DNA of 64,000 nt, from assembly GCA_964499845.1 (NCBI GenBank), contig CAZCMJ010000001.1, forward strand, positions 1,439 to 65,438. Reading direction: 5' to 3'. Positions 25,691 through 34,693 of this stretch are shown one piece after another. Each line of letters starts with the position of its first letter. The stretch's first letter is position 1. The position numbers were made by a program, and so were the translations under genes. The notes below the pieces were generated by a model, which saw only the letters and a program-made list of their open reading frames with translations, was not told the DNA's origin and made no database searches. Source of the stretch: an uncultured Methanomassiliicoccales archaeon (lineage in GTDB: Archaea; Thermoplasmatota; Thermoplasmata; Methanomassiliicoccales; Methanomethylophilaceae).

Positions 25691-26713
25691 ATGGCGAAAA
25701 TCAGGGTTGGAGTAAACGGTTACGGAACCATCGGCAAGAGAGTGGCATCCGCGGTCGCGGCACAGGACGACATGGAGCTCGTCGGTGTCACCAAGACCAG
25801 GCCCAACTTCGAGGCACTCGCGGCACTTGCCAAGGGGTACGACCTCTACGTCCCCGAAGAGAGCGTTGAGGCCTTCAACGAGGCCGGAGTGAAGATCGCT
25901 GGAACTGTCAAGGACATGTACAAGAAGGTCGACATCGTCGTCGACTGCACACCCGGCAACGTCGGGGAGATGTACAAGGCCCAATACCAGGAGGCCGGTG
26001 TCAAGGCCATCTTCCAGGGTGGGGAGGACCACAGCCTCACGGGCATATCCTTCAACTCGACCGCCAACTACTCCGAGTCATGGGGCGCACAGTTGTCTCG
26101 TGTCGTCTCATGCAACACCACCGGACTCCTCAGGACCCTGAACCCCATCGACAAGAGGTTCAAGGTCGAGCAGGCGTTCGTCACCATCGTCAGGCGTGCC
26201 GCTGATCCCGGTGACAGCAAGAACGGACCCATCAACGGACTCGAGCCCTCCGTCAAGCTGCCTACCCACCACGGACCCGATGTGCAGAGCATCATGCCCT
26301 GGCTGAACATCAACACCATGGCGATCAAGGCCTCCACGACCCTCATGCACGTCCACACCGTCGTCGCACAGCTCGCCACCGAGACCACCACCCAGGAGAT
26401 CATCGACGTCCTGAGGGAGGCGCCCCGTGTCAGGCTCGTGAAGAGCAAGGACGGCATCAAGACCACCGCCCAGATCATGGAGCTGGCAAGGGACCTCGGA
26501 CGCGACAGGTCCGACATGTACGAGATCATCGTCTGGGAGGACGGTATCAAGGTCGTCGGCAACACACTGTACTACTACCAGGCCGTCCATCAGGAGTCCG
26601 ATGTCATCCCCGAGAACATCGACTGCATCAGGTCCATGTGCAAGGTCGAGCAGGATGCCGCCGCATCCGTCGCCAAGACCGATGCCGCGCTCGGCATCTC
26701 CAAGACACTCTGA
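25691..26713 (+). CDS. gap: glyceraldehyde-3-phosphate dehydrogenase, archaeal type II
   Basis: 340 aa. MAKIRVGVNGYGTIGKRVA, active-site VSCNTTGL, and an archaeal-type C-terminal half. Confidence 0.9.
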   Translation: MAKIRVGVNGYGTIGKRVASAVAAQDDMELVGVTKTRPNFEALAALAKGYDLYVPEESVEAFNEAGVKIAGTVKDMYKKVDIVVDCTPGNVGEMYKAQYQEAGVKAIFQGGEDHSLTGISFNSTANYSESWGAQLSRVVSCNTTGLLRTLNPIDKRFKVEQAFVTIVRRAADPGDSKNGPINGLEPSVKLPTHHGPDVQSIMPWLNINTMAIKASTTLMHVHTVVAQLATETTTQEIIDVLREAPRVRLVKSKDGIKTTAQIMELARDLGRDRSDMYEIIVWEDGIKVVGNTLYYYQAVHQESDVIPENIDCIRSMCKVEQDAAASVAKTDAALGISKTL

Positions 26714-26722
26714 GGTGGGAAC

Positions 26723-27955
26723 ACGTCCAAGGACTTCAACACCCTCGGTGACTTCGACTACAGGGGCAAGACCGTCCTCCTCAGAGTGGACATCAACTGT
26801 CCTCTGGACAAGACCGAGTTGAAGATCGTCAACGATTCCAGGATTAGGAGGATCGTCCCCACCGTCAGGGAACTCATGGGGAAGCAGGCCAAGGTCATCA
26901 TGCTGGCCCACCAGAGCAGGAAGGGCAAATGGGACTTCATCAATCTGGAGCAGCATGCGGAGCATCTCTCCAGGCACATCAACGCACCCGTCAGGTACGT
27001 CGACGATGTCCTCGGTGACGAGGCCATGAAGGCCATCTCCGAGGTCAGACCGGGTGAGGTCCTCCTCCTGGGCAACGTCAGGGCCATCGACAGCGAGACG
27101 GCCAAGGGCGACATGCTCATGCATGCCGAGGGCGAGATCGTTGAGAGGCTCGCACCCCTCATCGACTATTACGTGTGCGACGCGTTCGGTGCCGCCCACA
27201 GGTCCCAGTGCTCTCTGGTCGGATTCCCCGCCAAGGTGCCCTCCGCATCCGGCAGGCTGATGGCCAAGGAGATGTTCGCACTCAAGGCGATCTTCGAGAA
27301 CCCCCGCAGGCCCTCCGTTTTCATCCTCGGAGGGGCGAAGTTCGGTGATGCGTCGGAGATGATCGACCGTGTCCTCGGGAACGGCATGGCCGACACCGTC
27401 ATCCTCGTGGGACTCGCAGGCAACGCATACCTCCTCGCGAGAGGGGTCGACATCGGAGAGGCCAGCACCAAGGTCCTCCAGGACGAGCTCACACCCGAGA
27501 ACCTCCAGGCCGCCAAAGACATCCTGTCCAAGTACGGTCAGAGGGTCCTGCTCCCCGTCGATGTGGCGGTGGAGAGGGACGGGAAGAGGGTGTCCGTCAA
27601 CATCGGCGACCTGCCGAGCGACGAGCCCGCACTGGACATCGGTGATGATTCCGCGGAGAAGTTCAGGAAAGTCATCATGGCCTCCAAGACCTGCTTCATG
27701 TCCGGTCCCGCCGGTATGATCGAGAAGGAGGGATTCGAGATCGGCACCCGTATCCTCATGACCGCGATGGTCGACTCCGGCGGACAGTCCGTCATCGGAG
27801 GGGGACACACTGGCGGAGCGGCGGAGAGGTTCGACCTGGCCGACCGTTTCTCGTATGTGAGCACCGGAGGGGGAGCATTGGAGACCTTCCTCCTGGGAGA
27901 GCCCCTGCCCGTCATAGAGGCCCTCAAATACTCCATGGAGAAGTTCGGGGAGTGA
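26723..27955 (+). CDS. pgk: phosphoglycerate kinase (start uncertain: proposed non-canonical ACG; first canonical start is GTG 26786)
   Basis: Track ORF 26786-27955 begins inside the conserved N-terminal strand. The upstream in-frame codons encode SKDFNTLGDFDYRGKTVLLRVDINCPL, and GAGGTG (26712-26717) lies 5 nt before ACG 26723. Confidence 0.85.
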   Translation, partial: TSKDFNTLGDFDYRGKTVLLRVDINCPLDKTELKIVNDSRIRRIVPTVRELMGKQAKVIMLAHQSRKGKWDFINLEQHAEHLSRHINAPVRYVDDVLGDEAMKAISEVRPGEVLLLGNVRAIDSETAKGDMLMHAEGEIVERLAPLIDYYVCDAFGAAHRSQCSLVGFPAKVPSASGRLMAKEMFALKAIFENPRRPSVFILGGAKFGDASEMIDRVLGNGMADTVILVGLAGNAYLLARGVDIGEASTKVLQDELTPENLQAAKDILSKYGQRVLLPVDVAVERDGKRVSVNIGDLPSDEPALDIGDDSAEKFRKVIMASKTCFMSGPAGMIEKEGFEIGTRILMTAMVDSGGQSVIGGGHTGGAAERFDLADRFSYVSTGGGALETFLLGEPLPVIEALKYSMEKFGE

Positions 27956-27960
27956 ACCTT

Positions 27961-27975
27961 CGGGCCTATGGCCCG
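27961..27975 (+). terminator. GC hairpin after pgk
   Basis: CGGGCC-TAT-GGCCCG followed by TTTCCCC. Confidence 0.4.
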
Positions 27976-28018
27976 TTTCCCCTAAACCTTTAAATCAGGA
28001 TGTCAGGATGCGGTCGCG

Positions 28019-28390
28019 ATGGCAAAGAAAAAGAGACGCATAGTCGAGGAACCCGAAGAGGAGTACGAGTTCACCCCTACCGAGTTCAACGAGAGGGAGT
28101 TCATCCTCAAGGATATCTATGGATCCAAGGTCTTCGCAGTGGCGATGGTCCTCGGTCTGATCGTCGGGATCATCGGCGCGGTCATCATCGATTCCTGGGC
28201 ATCCAACTATGCCTGGGTCGTGTCCACGCTCGTCTCCTTTGCGGTCTGCTTCGGGATGAAGAGGATCCTTGAGGTCATGGGATTCAGGCCCGAGATGCTC
28301 GAGACCAAGTCGATGGTGGGTAACTACCTGCTCTATCTGACCCTGGCCCTCGGTGTGTGCATCGTCGGTGTCAACGCACCCTTTGCCTGA
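28019..28390 (+). CDS. small membrane protein (basic/acidic N-tail, three predicted TM helices)
   Basis: 123-aa ORF. MAKKKRRIVEEPEEEYEF is followed by hydrophobic stretches VFAVAMVLGLIVGIIGAVII, WVVSTLVSFAVCFG and YLLYLTLALGVCIVGV. Confidence 0.6.
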   Translation: MAKKKRRIVEEPEEEYEFTPTEFNEREFILKDIYGSKVFAVAMVLGLIVGIIGAVIIDSWASNYAWVVSTLVSFAVCFGMKRILEVMGFRPEMLETKSMVGNYLLYLTLALGVCIVGVNAPFA

Positions 28391-28431
28391 TCTGAAACTT
28401 CGATTCAAAATAATATGGGGCGGTGTGGTCC

Positions 28432-28989
28432 TCACACCAGTCCCCTTCTCCCCATCTCCTCTATGAGGAGTTTCACCGCGTTCCCCCTGTGGGAAACTTC
28501 ATTCTTCTCGTCCACGGGTATCTCCGCGAAGGTGCGTTCACCGTCATGGGTGAATATGGGGTCGAAACCGAATCCTCCCTCACCTGTCTCGGATTCCGTG
28601 ATGGTCCCGCGGCAGATTCCTGTGACAATGATCCTCTGACCGTCGATGTCGCATCCGATGCAGCATCTGAACTCAGCACCGCGGTCCTCGACACCCTCCA
28701 TGAGCCTGAGTATGCCCCTGTTTCCGATGGTTTTCTGGGCGTACGCCGACCACACGCCGGGGAATCCCTTCAGGGCATCGACGAACAGTCCCGAATCATC
28801 CACGATGAAGTTCCTGACGCCCTTCGATATGACCTCGTCCATCCCCTTGTCCACGACCTCCGCCAGGTCGGATGTCTGCACCTCGTCGTACGGGAGCCTG
28901 TAATGCTCCATCTCTATCCCCAGATGGTCGAACGACCTCTGATATTCGGCGACCTTTCCCGGATTGGATGTGATGACCTTGAGCTTCAT
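28432..28989 (-). CDS. rdgB: non-canonical purine NTP pyrophosphatase (HAM1/RdgB family)
   Basis: ATG 28989 (MKLKVITSNPGKVAEY...) lies inside track ORF 28432-29199. Motifs SNPGK, FGFDPIF, SHRGNA. It has an ATGA overlap with bud32. Confidence 0.85.
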   Translation of the reverse strand: MKLKVITSNPGKVAEYQRSFDHLGIEMEHYRLPYDEVQTSDLAEVVDKGMDEVISKGVRNFIVDDSGLFVDALKGFPGVWSAYAQKTIGNRGILRLMEGVEDRGAEFRCCIGCDIDGQRIIVTGICRGTITESETGEGGFGFDPIFTHDGERTFAEIPVDEKNEVSHRGNAVKLLIEEMGRRGLV

Positions 28990-29612
28990 GTGTACCTTCC
29001 CCTGTTCCTGATGTCCTCCACCTTCCTCCTCATGCGGTCCGGTTCGGGGATGTTGGCGTAGTACGAATCCATCATCGTCCCGAACGCATCTGTGAGTTCG
29101 GTGTGTGCGGATGTGAAGGCCCTCTCCAGGAGTCTGATGTCGACCCCTTTCTCCTCCAATCCTGCCTTGGTGCATCCCATCGAGAAATCGATCAGACACA
29201 GTTCACCGTCGCAGAGTATCATGTTGGACGTGGTCAGATCACCGTGGCAGATATCGGCCGAATGCAGTCTTGCCACCGTTTCCCCGACCATTCCGCAGAT
29301 CTCCGATGCCGACGAAGGTTCCGAGTCCAGGATGTCCTTCACGGACCTCCCGTCCAGATACTCCATGGTTATGGAGCACTCCTTCAGGTCGATGTCGTAG
29401 ATGCAGGGCGTCTTCACACCTGCTATGCGGGCCTCGTGGACGATCCTCGCCTCATTGCGCGTCCTCGATGAACGTATCCTGGAATCCAGCTCCGGATGCC
29501 TGTACGCCTTCGGCGGGCGTGTCTTGATCAGGGCCCTCCTTCCCAGGAAAGTTCCCTGGGTGATGGTGGCCTCCGCACCTCTGGTCATCTCGGGGGTATC
29601 TGTTTCCATCAA
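28986..29612 (-). CDS. bud32: KEOPS-complex Bud32-type small kinase
   Basis: 208 aa. GAEATI...RRALIKTRPPKAYRHPELD, catalytic HGDLTTSNMI and LIDFSMG. Confidence 0.8.
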   Translation of the reverse strand: MMETDTPEMTRGAEATITQGTFLGRRALIKTRPPKAYRHPELDSRIRSSRTRNEARIVHEARIAGVKTPCIYDIDLKECSITMEYLDGRSVKDILDSEPSSASEICGMVGETVARLHSADICHGDLTTSNMILCDGELCLIDFSMGCTKAGLEEKGVDIRLLERAFTSAHTELTDAFGTMMDSYYANIPEPDRMRRKVEDIRNRGRYT

Positions 29613-29761
29613 TGCACCGTCCTCTCCATGGTAACCCGATTATTTGTACCCCTTGCAGGTGCGGGGCGACAATCGGAGTGGAGTACGGTGTAACGGCGTG
29701 AAAACCCCCAGGGGGCATCCTTTACTGAATCTTTTTATCCACCTCGGACATTGGTCGGTAC

Positions 29762-30421
29762 GTGGATAGGATACCTTTGGGATGCTCCAAGTTCGACCGT
29801 CTCCTGGGAGGCGGGATCGAGAGCGGAAGCGTCACACTTCTGTACGGTGAGGCCGGGGCCGGGAAGACGAACGTCTGCCTCCAGCTTGCGCGCAATGTCG
29901 CCATAAACGGGAGCAAGGTGGCCTACATCGACACAGAGGGCCTGTCCTCGGACCGTCTCTCCCAGGTCTTCGCTGGTCATGAGGATGCCATGAGGAACCT
30001 CCTGATATTCCAGGTCCACAGTTTCGAGGAGCAGTCCGACAGGATAGACAAGATCGAGAAGCTCGCCGCGGTGGGTGCGATTTCCCTCGTCGTGATAGAT
30101 TCCCTCACCATGTTCTACCGTCTCAACCATGAGAACAACGCCATACGCAATGACTTCATCAGGCAGACCGAGGTCCTTCTGAACTCCGCACGTCAGTATG
30201 AGATCGCCGTCATGGTGACCTCTCAGGTCTATGCGAACCTTCAGAGCGGAGGGGTCGAGTTCCTCGGAGGCCATGCCCTCCATCACAACGCCAAGACGAT
30301 CGTACGTCTGGACAAGAGGAACGATGGGAAGCGTGTTGCGGTGATAATGAAACACCGGAGCCTCCCCGAGGGGAGGTCGGCGATGTACCGCATCACCGAG
30401 ACCGGCATTGAAGATATTTGA
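29762..30421 (+). CDS. radB: DNA repair and recombination protein RadB
   Basis: 219 aa with a GTG start. Walker A GEAGAGKT, Walker B LVVIDS, and the short RadA paralogue architecture. Confidence 0.85.
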   Translation: MDRIPLGCSKFDRLLGGGIESGSVTLLYGEAGAGKTNVCLQLARNVAINGSKVAYIDTEGLSSDRLSQVFAGHEDAMRNLLIFQVHSFEEQSDRIDKIEKLAAVGAISLVVIDSLTMFYRLNHENNAIRNDFIRQTEVLLNSARQYEIAVMVTSQVYANLQSGGVEFLGGHALHHNAKTIVRLDKRNDGKRVAVIMKHRSLPEGRSAMYRITETGIEDI

Positions 30422-30432
30422 GAAGGGGACGC

Positions 30433-31419
30433 TCAGACGTCCCTGTTTATGGCGAAGTTGGCCAGTGCGATCATGAACTCCTTATCCTCGCTCTCGGGCA
30501 GGGAGGAGATCTTCGCGATGGCGTTGTCCACTTTCTGTCTGGCGAGTCCCAGGGCGTAGTCGATGGAACCAGCCTCCTGGAGGATCTGCTTCGCACGGGC
30601 GCACTGCTCGTCGGTGGCATCCATGTTGCCGAGGATCCCCTTGAACTCCTCGAGGACCGCAGGGTCCTTTATGGACCTGATCGCGTGGGTGACCATGCAT
30701 GTGCACTTGCCCTTGCGGATGTCGTTCCCGACGGATTTCCCTGTCTTGGACTCATCACCGGCTATGCCGAGGTAGTCGTCGAACATCTGGAATCCCAGTC
30801 CGAGCTCCAGGGCGTACTCGTTGATCGCCTTCACGGTGTCGTCGTCGGCACCACCGATGATGGCACCTCCCGCGGCGGCCGCGGCGAACAGGACGCTGGT
30901 CTTCAGTTTGATGGTCTCTATGTAGACCTCCTCCGTGACGATCTGTCCCTCGTTGTTGACATCCATCTGCTGTCCGCGTGCCAGGTCCCAGACCGCATCG
31001 CTGACGTACTTCATGGCGGCCCTCATCCTGTCGGCGGGGACGTCCAGGCCACAGATGATCTGGTATGCCTTGGCGAACAGCGCATCCCCGGCGAGGACGG
31101 CGGTGGGCATTCCGTATCCCACGTGGATGGTGTCCATCCCCCTGCGTTTGGCATCACCGTCCATGAGGTCGTCGTGGATCAAGGTGAAGTTGTGGATGTA
31201 CTCCACGGCCACCGCCAGGGGGACGGCCTTGCTCCTGTCCCCTCCGACGGCACCGCAGCATGCGATGGCCATGGCGGGGCGCATCCTCTTCCCTCCGGCG
31301 TAGGGGTACTGCCTGGAGGCCTCCATGAGGTTGAAGGGTTCCTCATCACCTATGTAGCTCTTGATGGGTCCGTCGAGTTCGGCGGACATCTTCTTCAGAT
31401 ATTCTTTGGCGTCGATCAT
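30433..31419 (-). CDS. idsA: geranylgeranyl diphosphate synthase (trans-polyprenyl synthase)
   Basis: FARM motif IHDDLMD and SARM motif FQMFDDYLG. ATG 31419 forms an ATGA overlap with the fni stop; an alternative start lies at 31434. Confidence 0.85.
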   Translation of the reverse strand: MIDAKEYLKKMSAELDGPIKSYIGDEEPFNLMEASRQYPYAGGKRMRPAMAIACCGAVGGDRSKAVPLAVAVEYIHNFTLIHDDLMDGDAKRRGMDTIHVGYGMPTAVLAGDALFAKAYQIICGLDVPADRMRAAMKYVSDAVWDLARGQQMDVNNEGQIVTEEVYIETIKLKTSVLFAAAAAGGAIIGGADDDTVKAINEYALELGLGFQMFDDYLGIAGDESKTGKSVGNDIRKGKCTCMVTHAIRSIKDPAVLEEFKGILGNMDATDEQCARAKQILQEAGSIDYALGLARQKVDNAIAKISSLPESEDKEFMIALANFAINRDV

Positions 31420-32471
31420 AATTGGTCCATCCATTGTTTGGTCTCGCCGAGGACGACATGTCTCGCCTTTGACAGCTGGGAAATGTCCCTGCAGCCGGTG
31501 AGCAGCATGGCGGCCCTCAGTTCCTCCCTGATGATAGTGAGTTTCTCGATGACGGCCTCCGCGGATTGGGTGGCCTCTTTGAGTATGATGTTCGCGACCC
31601 CTGCGGACGATGCCCCCATGGCGATCGCCGCGGCCACGTGTATCCCGTCCAGGACTCCTCCGGACGCGATGAGCGGAAGTCCGCATCCCCTACACTGCCA
31701 GAGCGATACGGGTGAAGGTATGCCCCAGTCGAAGAACGTTTCCCCCATGCAGGTCCTGATGCTGTCCCCGGCATCCATGGCCCTGTAGAGCTCCACGGCG
31801 GAGAAGCTCGTTCCGCCCATCCCCGCGATGTCCAGTCCGCGTATGCCTATGCCCTTGAGGCGTTCGGCCACGTCGTCGGAGATGCCCGCACCGGTCTCCT
31901 TGACCATCACAGGGTACTCCCTGGCAAGGCTCCGTATGGCGTCGCGGCATCCTGCGGCGTTGGTGTCGCCCTCGGGCTGGACGACCTCCTGGAGGAAGTT
32001 CAGGTGGATGGCCACCAGGTCGGCACCGATGAGGTCCTTGGCCTGTCCGACCATCTCGGGTGTGAATCTGTCCTTGCTGTGCTGGTCCACCAGCTGGGGT
32101 GCGCCTACGTTCCCGATGACCAGGGGGACGTCGAAGTCCTTGATCACGGAGTAGCTCTCGGGGCAGACCCCGGTCACCCCAGCGCGCTCGCTCCCCACAC
32201 CCATTCCGATGCCCAGCTCGGCACAGGCCTCGGCTATGTTGGCGTTGATCTTCGTGGCCCCGGGGAATCCTCCGGTGATGGCGGTGACCACCAGGGGGAA
32301 CTCCAATCTCTTCCCGAAGAGGGTGCACGATGTGTCGATATCATCGGCGTCGATCTCGGGGAGGGCGTTGTGTACAAACCTTATGTCGTCCCAGTAGCAG
32401 TAGCCCGGGGCGATCCTCTCATCTTTGCAGATCCTTATGTGATCCGCTTTCCTGTCCTTTATGGGTGCCAT
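31416..32471 (-). CDS. fni: isopentenyl-diphosphate delta-isomerase, type 2 (FMN-dependent)
   Basis: MAPIKDRKADHI start at 32471. Motifs ITGG, ETGAG and GASSAG; TIM-barrel FMN family. Confidence 0.85.
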   Translation of the reverse strand: MAPIKDRKADHIRICKDERIAPGYCYWDDIRFVHNALPEIDADDIDTSCTLFGKRLEFPLVVTAITGGFPGATKINANIAEACAELGIGMGVGSERAGVTGVCPESYSVIKDFDVPLVIGNVGAPQLVDQHSKDRFTPEMVGQAKDLIGADLVAIHLNFLQEVVQPEGDTNAAGCRDAIRSLAREYPVMVKETGAGISDDVAERLKGIGIRGLDIAGMGGTSFSAVELYRAMDAGDSIRTCMGETFFDWGIPSPVSLWQCRGCGLPLIASGGVLDGIHVAAAIAMGASSAGVANIILKEATQSAEAVIEKLTIIREELRAAMLLTGCRDISQLSKARHVVLGETKQWMDQL

Positions 32472-32475
32472 AGAA

Positions 32476-33258
32476 TCACCTTCTGGCCACCGTGCACGGA
32501 ACATCCTCGCCCTTCAGCAGGGAGAGGAGCCTTCCGGGGACGGTACCGTTGACTAGAACGCAGTCGCGACCTCCATCACACATCCTCAACATCGACTCCA
32601 TCTTGCCACGGACCCCGCCCGTCACATCATCGACGGTGGATCCCGAGGAGATGTCATCCATGGTGCTGGGTGTGACCTCGGGGATGAGCTCCGCATCGGG
32701 GTCGGTCTTCGGGTCGGCGGTGTAGAGTCCGTCTATGTCGGAGACGAAGACTATGCGGTCCGGTTTGAATATGTCCGCCAGGACCTCCATGATCTGGTCC
32801 CCTGAGCATATACCGAATCCCTTCTTGCGGTCCATGACCACATCTCCGAAGAGGATGGGCATCACACCGATGTGGGCGAGTGCCTTGATGGCCTCGGTGT
32901 CGCTGACCACGAGTTTCCCGTCGTCCATGACGAAACACGATCCCGGGGGCACGGACACCGCGGGGATCCCGTTGGTGATGAGTTCCCTCACGACCATGGA
33001 GCTCAGTTCGCGGACGTCGTATTGGACCTGTGCGATGGCAGGTACCTGCGAGAAATCGATGAGGCCGTGCTGGAGTGCGTACTTCTTGGCGACGACGTGT
33101 CCGAAGGAGCCTGCACCGTGCACGACGATGGTCCCCTTTCCGGATTCGGCGATCTCCCTGCAGAGTCTCGAGACCTGCTCCCGGTTGAATGTCCTGTACT
33201 GGGATTTATCGGTGATAACGCTACCACCCAGTTTAATCAGCATCATCAGCGGTTGCAT
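32476..33258 (-). CDS. ipk: isopentenyl phosphate kinase
   Basis: 260 aa. [20 protein letters not shown] (amino-acid-kinase fold, IPK signature). First gene of the ipk-fni-idsA operon. Confidence 0.85.
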   Translation of the reverse strand: MQPLMMLIKLGGSVITDKSQYRTFNREQVSRLCREIAESGKGTIVVHGAGSFGHVVAKKYALQHGLIDFSQVPAIAQVQYDVRELSSMVVRELITNGIPAVSVPPGSCFVMDDGKLVVSDTEAIKALAHIGVMPILFGDVVMDRKKGFGICSGDQIMEVLADIFKPDRIVFVSDIDGLYTADPKTDPDAELIPEVTPSTMDDISSGSTVDDVTGGVRGKMESMLRMCDGGRDCVLVNGTVPGRLLSLLKGEDVPCTVARR

Positions 33259-33371
33259 GGATTCTTTTTAGTTAAAGTGGTAGGTTCCATTTGCGGAGAT
33301 ACGCGCCTATGGGAACACCATAAGAGAATGAAGTAAGAATGGCCCGTATGGGCCATAAGGGAGGAATAAGT

Positions 33372-33496
33372 GGTAGACAGCGTGCCTGAGTTCCCGTACG
33401 CTTGCGCAATACAGTACAGACAGGTACGCGGGCGGGCTTTACTGCCGGGTTCGGAATGGGACCGGGTGTGACTCCGCCGCTATGGCCGTCTTACCA
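33372..33496 (-). rRNA. rrf: 5S rRNA (stand-alone)
   Basis: The minus-strand sequence GGTAAGACGGCCATAGCGGCGGAGTCACACCCGGTCCCATTCCGAACCCGGCAGTAAAGCCCGCC...GGGAACTCAGGCACGCTGTCTACC has the universal 5S loop-C/helix-III core. The ends pair as helix I. Confidence 0.8.
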
Positions 33497-33513
33497 AGAC
33501 TTGGCATACCTGC

Positions 33514-33530
33514 AAACTATATAATACTTT
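33514..33530 (-). promoter_or_regulatory. TATA box for 5S rRNA
   Basis: The minus strand reads AAAGTATTATATAGTTT, centred ~26 nt upstream of the inferred 5S 5' end. Confidence 0.4.
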
Positions 33531-33687
33531 CGTTCCAGCCAGTCTAAGACTGTCTCGAGGGTGTTCGGAAACCAGGATTCTATGGCCTGTTTCACCTCAA
33601 AAACGGTGTGAATGAGGTCGATCATATTGGAACATACGTCCGATTCACCATTTTCCTTAAGAATGGACCTCAGGATTCCGTTCCCAT

Positions 33688-34035
33688 ATGGCCATTTTCA
33701 AGAAGAGGGGAAAAGAGGATGCAAAGGCCACAGAGGAGGAGCCCGTGAAGAAGGCAACTCCCAAGAAGGATACGGAGAAGAAGGTCGCGCCTAAGGCCGG
33801 GAAGGAGGAGACCGAGGTCGCAGAGGACACTTCGAAGGCTCCTAAGAAGGTCTCGTATGTGGTCTGCACCCATCCCGACGGGGGTTGGCAGGTCAAGAAG
33901 ACCGGTTCCACCAAGGCGATCAGACGTTTCGACACCAAGGCAGAGGCGGATGCCTATGCGAAGAAGGTGGCATCCAACAACGGTGCCACAGTCATAAGGA
34001 AGAAGAAGGACGGTAAGATCCAGAAGAAATTGTGA
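33688..34035 (+). CDS. DUF2188-like small protein with lysine-rich N-terminal tail
   Basis: 115 aa. The C-terminal YVVCTHPDGGWQVKKTGSTKAIRRFDTKAEADAYAKKVASNNGATVIRKKKDGKIQ fits the DUF2188 pattern (GW-x-V-K...eA...A...h...DG-x-i). Confidence 0.6.
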   Translation: MAIFKKRGKEDAKATEEEPVKKATPKKDTEKKVAPKAGKEETEVAEDTSKAPKKVSYVVCTHPDGGWQVKKTGSTKAIRRFDTKAEADAYAKKVASNNGATVIRKKKDGKIQKKL

Positions 34036-34065
34036 TCATGGGGCCCAACGGGCCCTTCATGATCA
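34033..34065. terminator. long hairpin shared by the convergent genes DUF2188 and hypC
   Basis: TGATCATG-GGGCCC-AAC-GGGCCC-TT-CATGATCA. The arms overlap both stop codons. Confidence 0.4.
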
Positions 34066-34293
34066 ACAGAATTCGGTTTTATCACTGTCGAGGACCTCGT
34101 TCCAGAGCCTGATGGTCTCCTGAGCGTCCTCCTCATCCATCACCTGGATCGCGAATCCGGCGTGGACGACGGCCCAATCGCCGACATCGGCCTCGACCAT
34201 CGACAGGTTGGCCTGCCTGGTGACGCCTCCGAAATCGACATCGCCCATGTCTCCGTCGATCCTCACGATCTTCCCGGGGATTGCCAAACACAT
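34063..34293 (-). CDS. hypC: hydrogenase maturation chaperone HypC/HybG
   Basis: 76 aa with the diagnostic N-terminus MCLAIPGKIV. Confidence 0.85.
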   Translation of the reverse strand: MCLAIPGKIVRIDGDMGDVDFGGVTRQANLSMVEADVGDWAVVHAGFAIQVMDEEDAQETIRLWNEVLDSDKTEFC

Positions 34294-34297
34294 GTTA

Positions 34298-34675
34298 TCA
34301 CTCCGACATGATCTTCAGGATGGCCTCTGCGGGCTGTCCGTCCGTAGCGGTCAGTGCCTCCACCGCCTTCTCGCGGTCGCATCCGGTCTGTGACATGACG
34401 AGGTCCACATCCTCCGATGCGAACGTCACGACGGGTGCATCCTCTCCGGTGGCTCCGAGTTCCCTCACGGTCTCGACGCCGCTGATCTGATAGCTCTTGC
34501 TTCCGCCCATCTCGACACAGACGACATCGGCACCTCTGATGACGATCTCGTTGGTCTTGGTTCTGATGATGACCTCGGTGACGTCGTCGATGGAGGACTG
34601 TTTGATCCCCATCTTCTTCATCGCCTGCTTCATCTGACGGTCGTTCATTCTCATTCCGCCGGCCATGTTCGACAC
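34298..34675 (-). CDS. nac: nascent polypeptide-associated complex protein (archaeal NAC, NAC plus UBA domains)
   Basis: 125 aa. RQMKQAMKKMGIKQ, a NAC beta-barrel segment, and a C-terminal UBA-like REKAVEALTATDGQPAEAI. Confidence 0.85.
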   Translation of the reverse strand: MSNMAGGMRMNDRQMKQAMKKMGIKQSSIDDVTEVIIRTKTNEIVIRGADVVCVEMGGSKSYQISGVETVRELGATGEDAPVVTFASEDVDLVMSQTGCDREKAVEALTATDGQPAEAILKIMSE

Positions 34676-34693
34676 CTATCCTCTTTCCCTTCT

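Noticed and set aside
26711-26713. gap TGA as a selenocysteine codon
   Set aside because: The residue position is beyond the conserved end of GAPDH. I saw no obvious SECIS-like element, and the lineage implied by the other evidence is not known to use Sec. Readthrough or ACG initiation are kept as hypotheses instead.
26108-27808. 566-aa minus-strand ORF covering gap and pgk
   Set aside because: It is antisense to two unmistakable glycolytic genes. Its composition (Gly/Asp/Val/Leu/His-rich, no motifs) is typical of shadow ORFs created by strong GC3 bias.
30418-31788. 456-aa plus-strand ORF over idsA and fni, and similar ORFs 39176-40153 and 39862-41328 over gatB and gatA
   Set aside because: They are antisense to genes with diagnostic motifs (FARM/SARM, amidase signature), so they are shadow ORFs.
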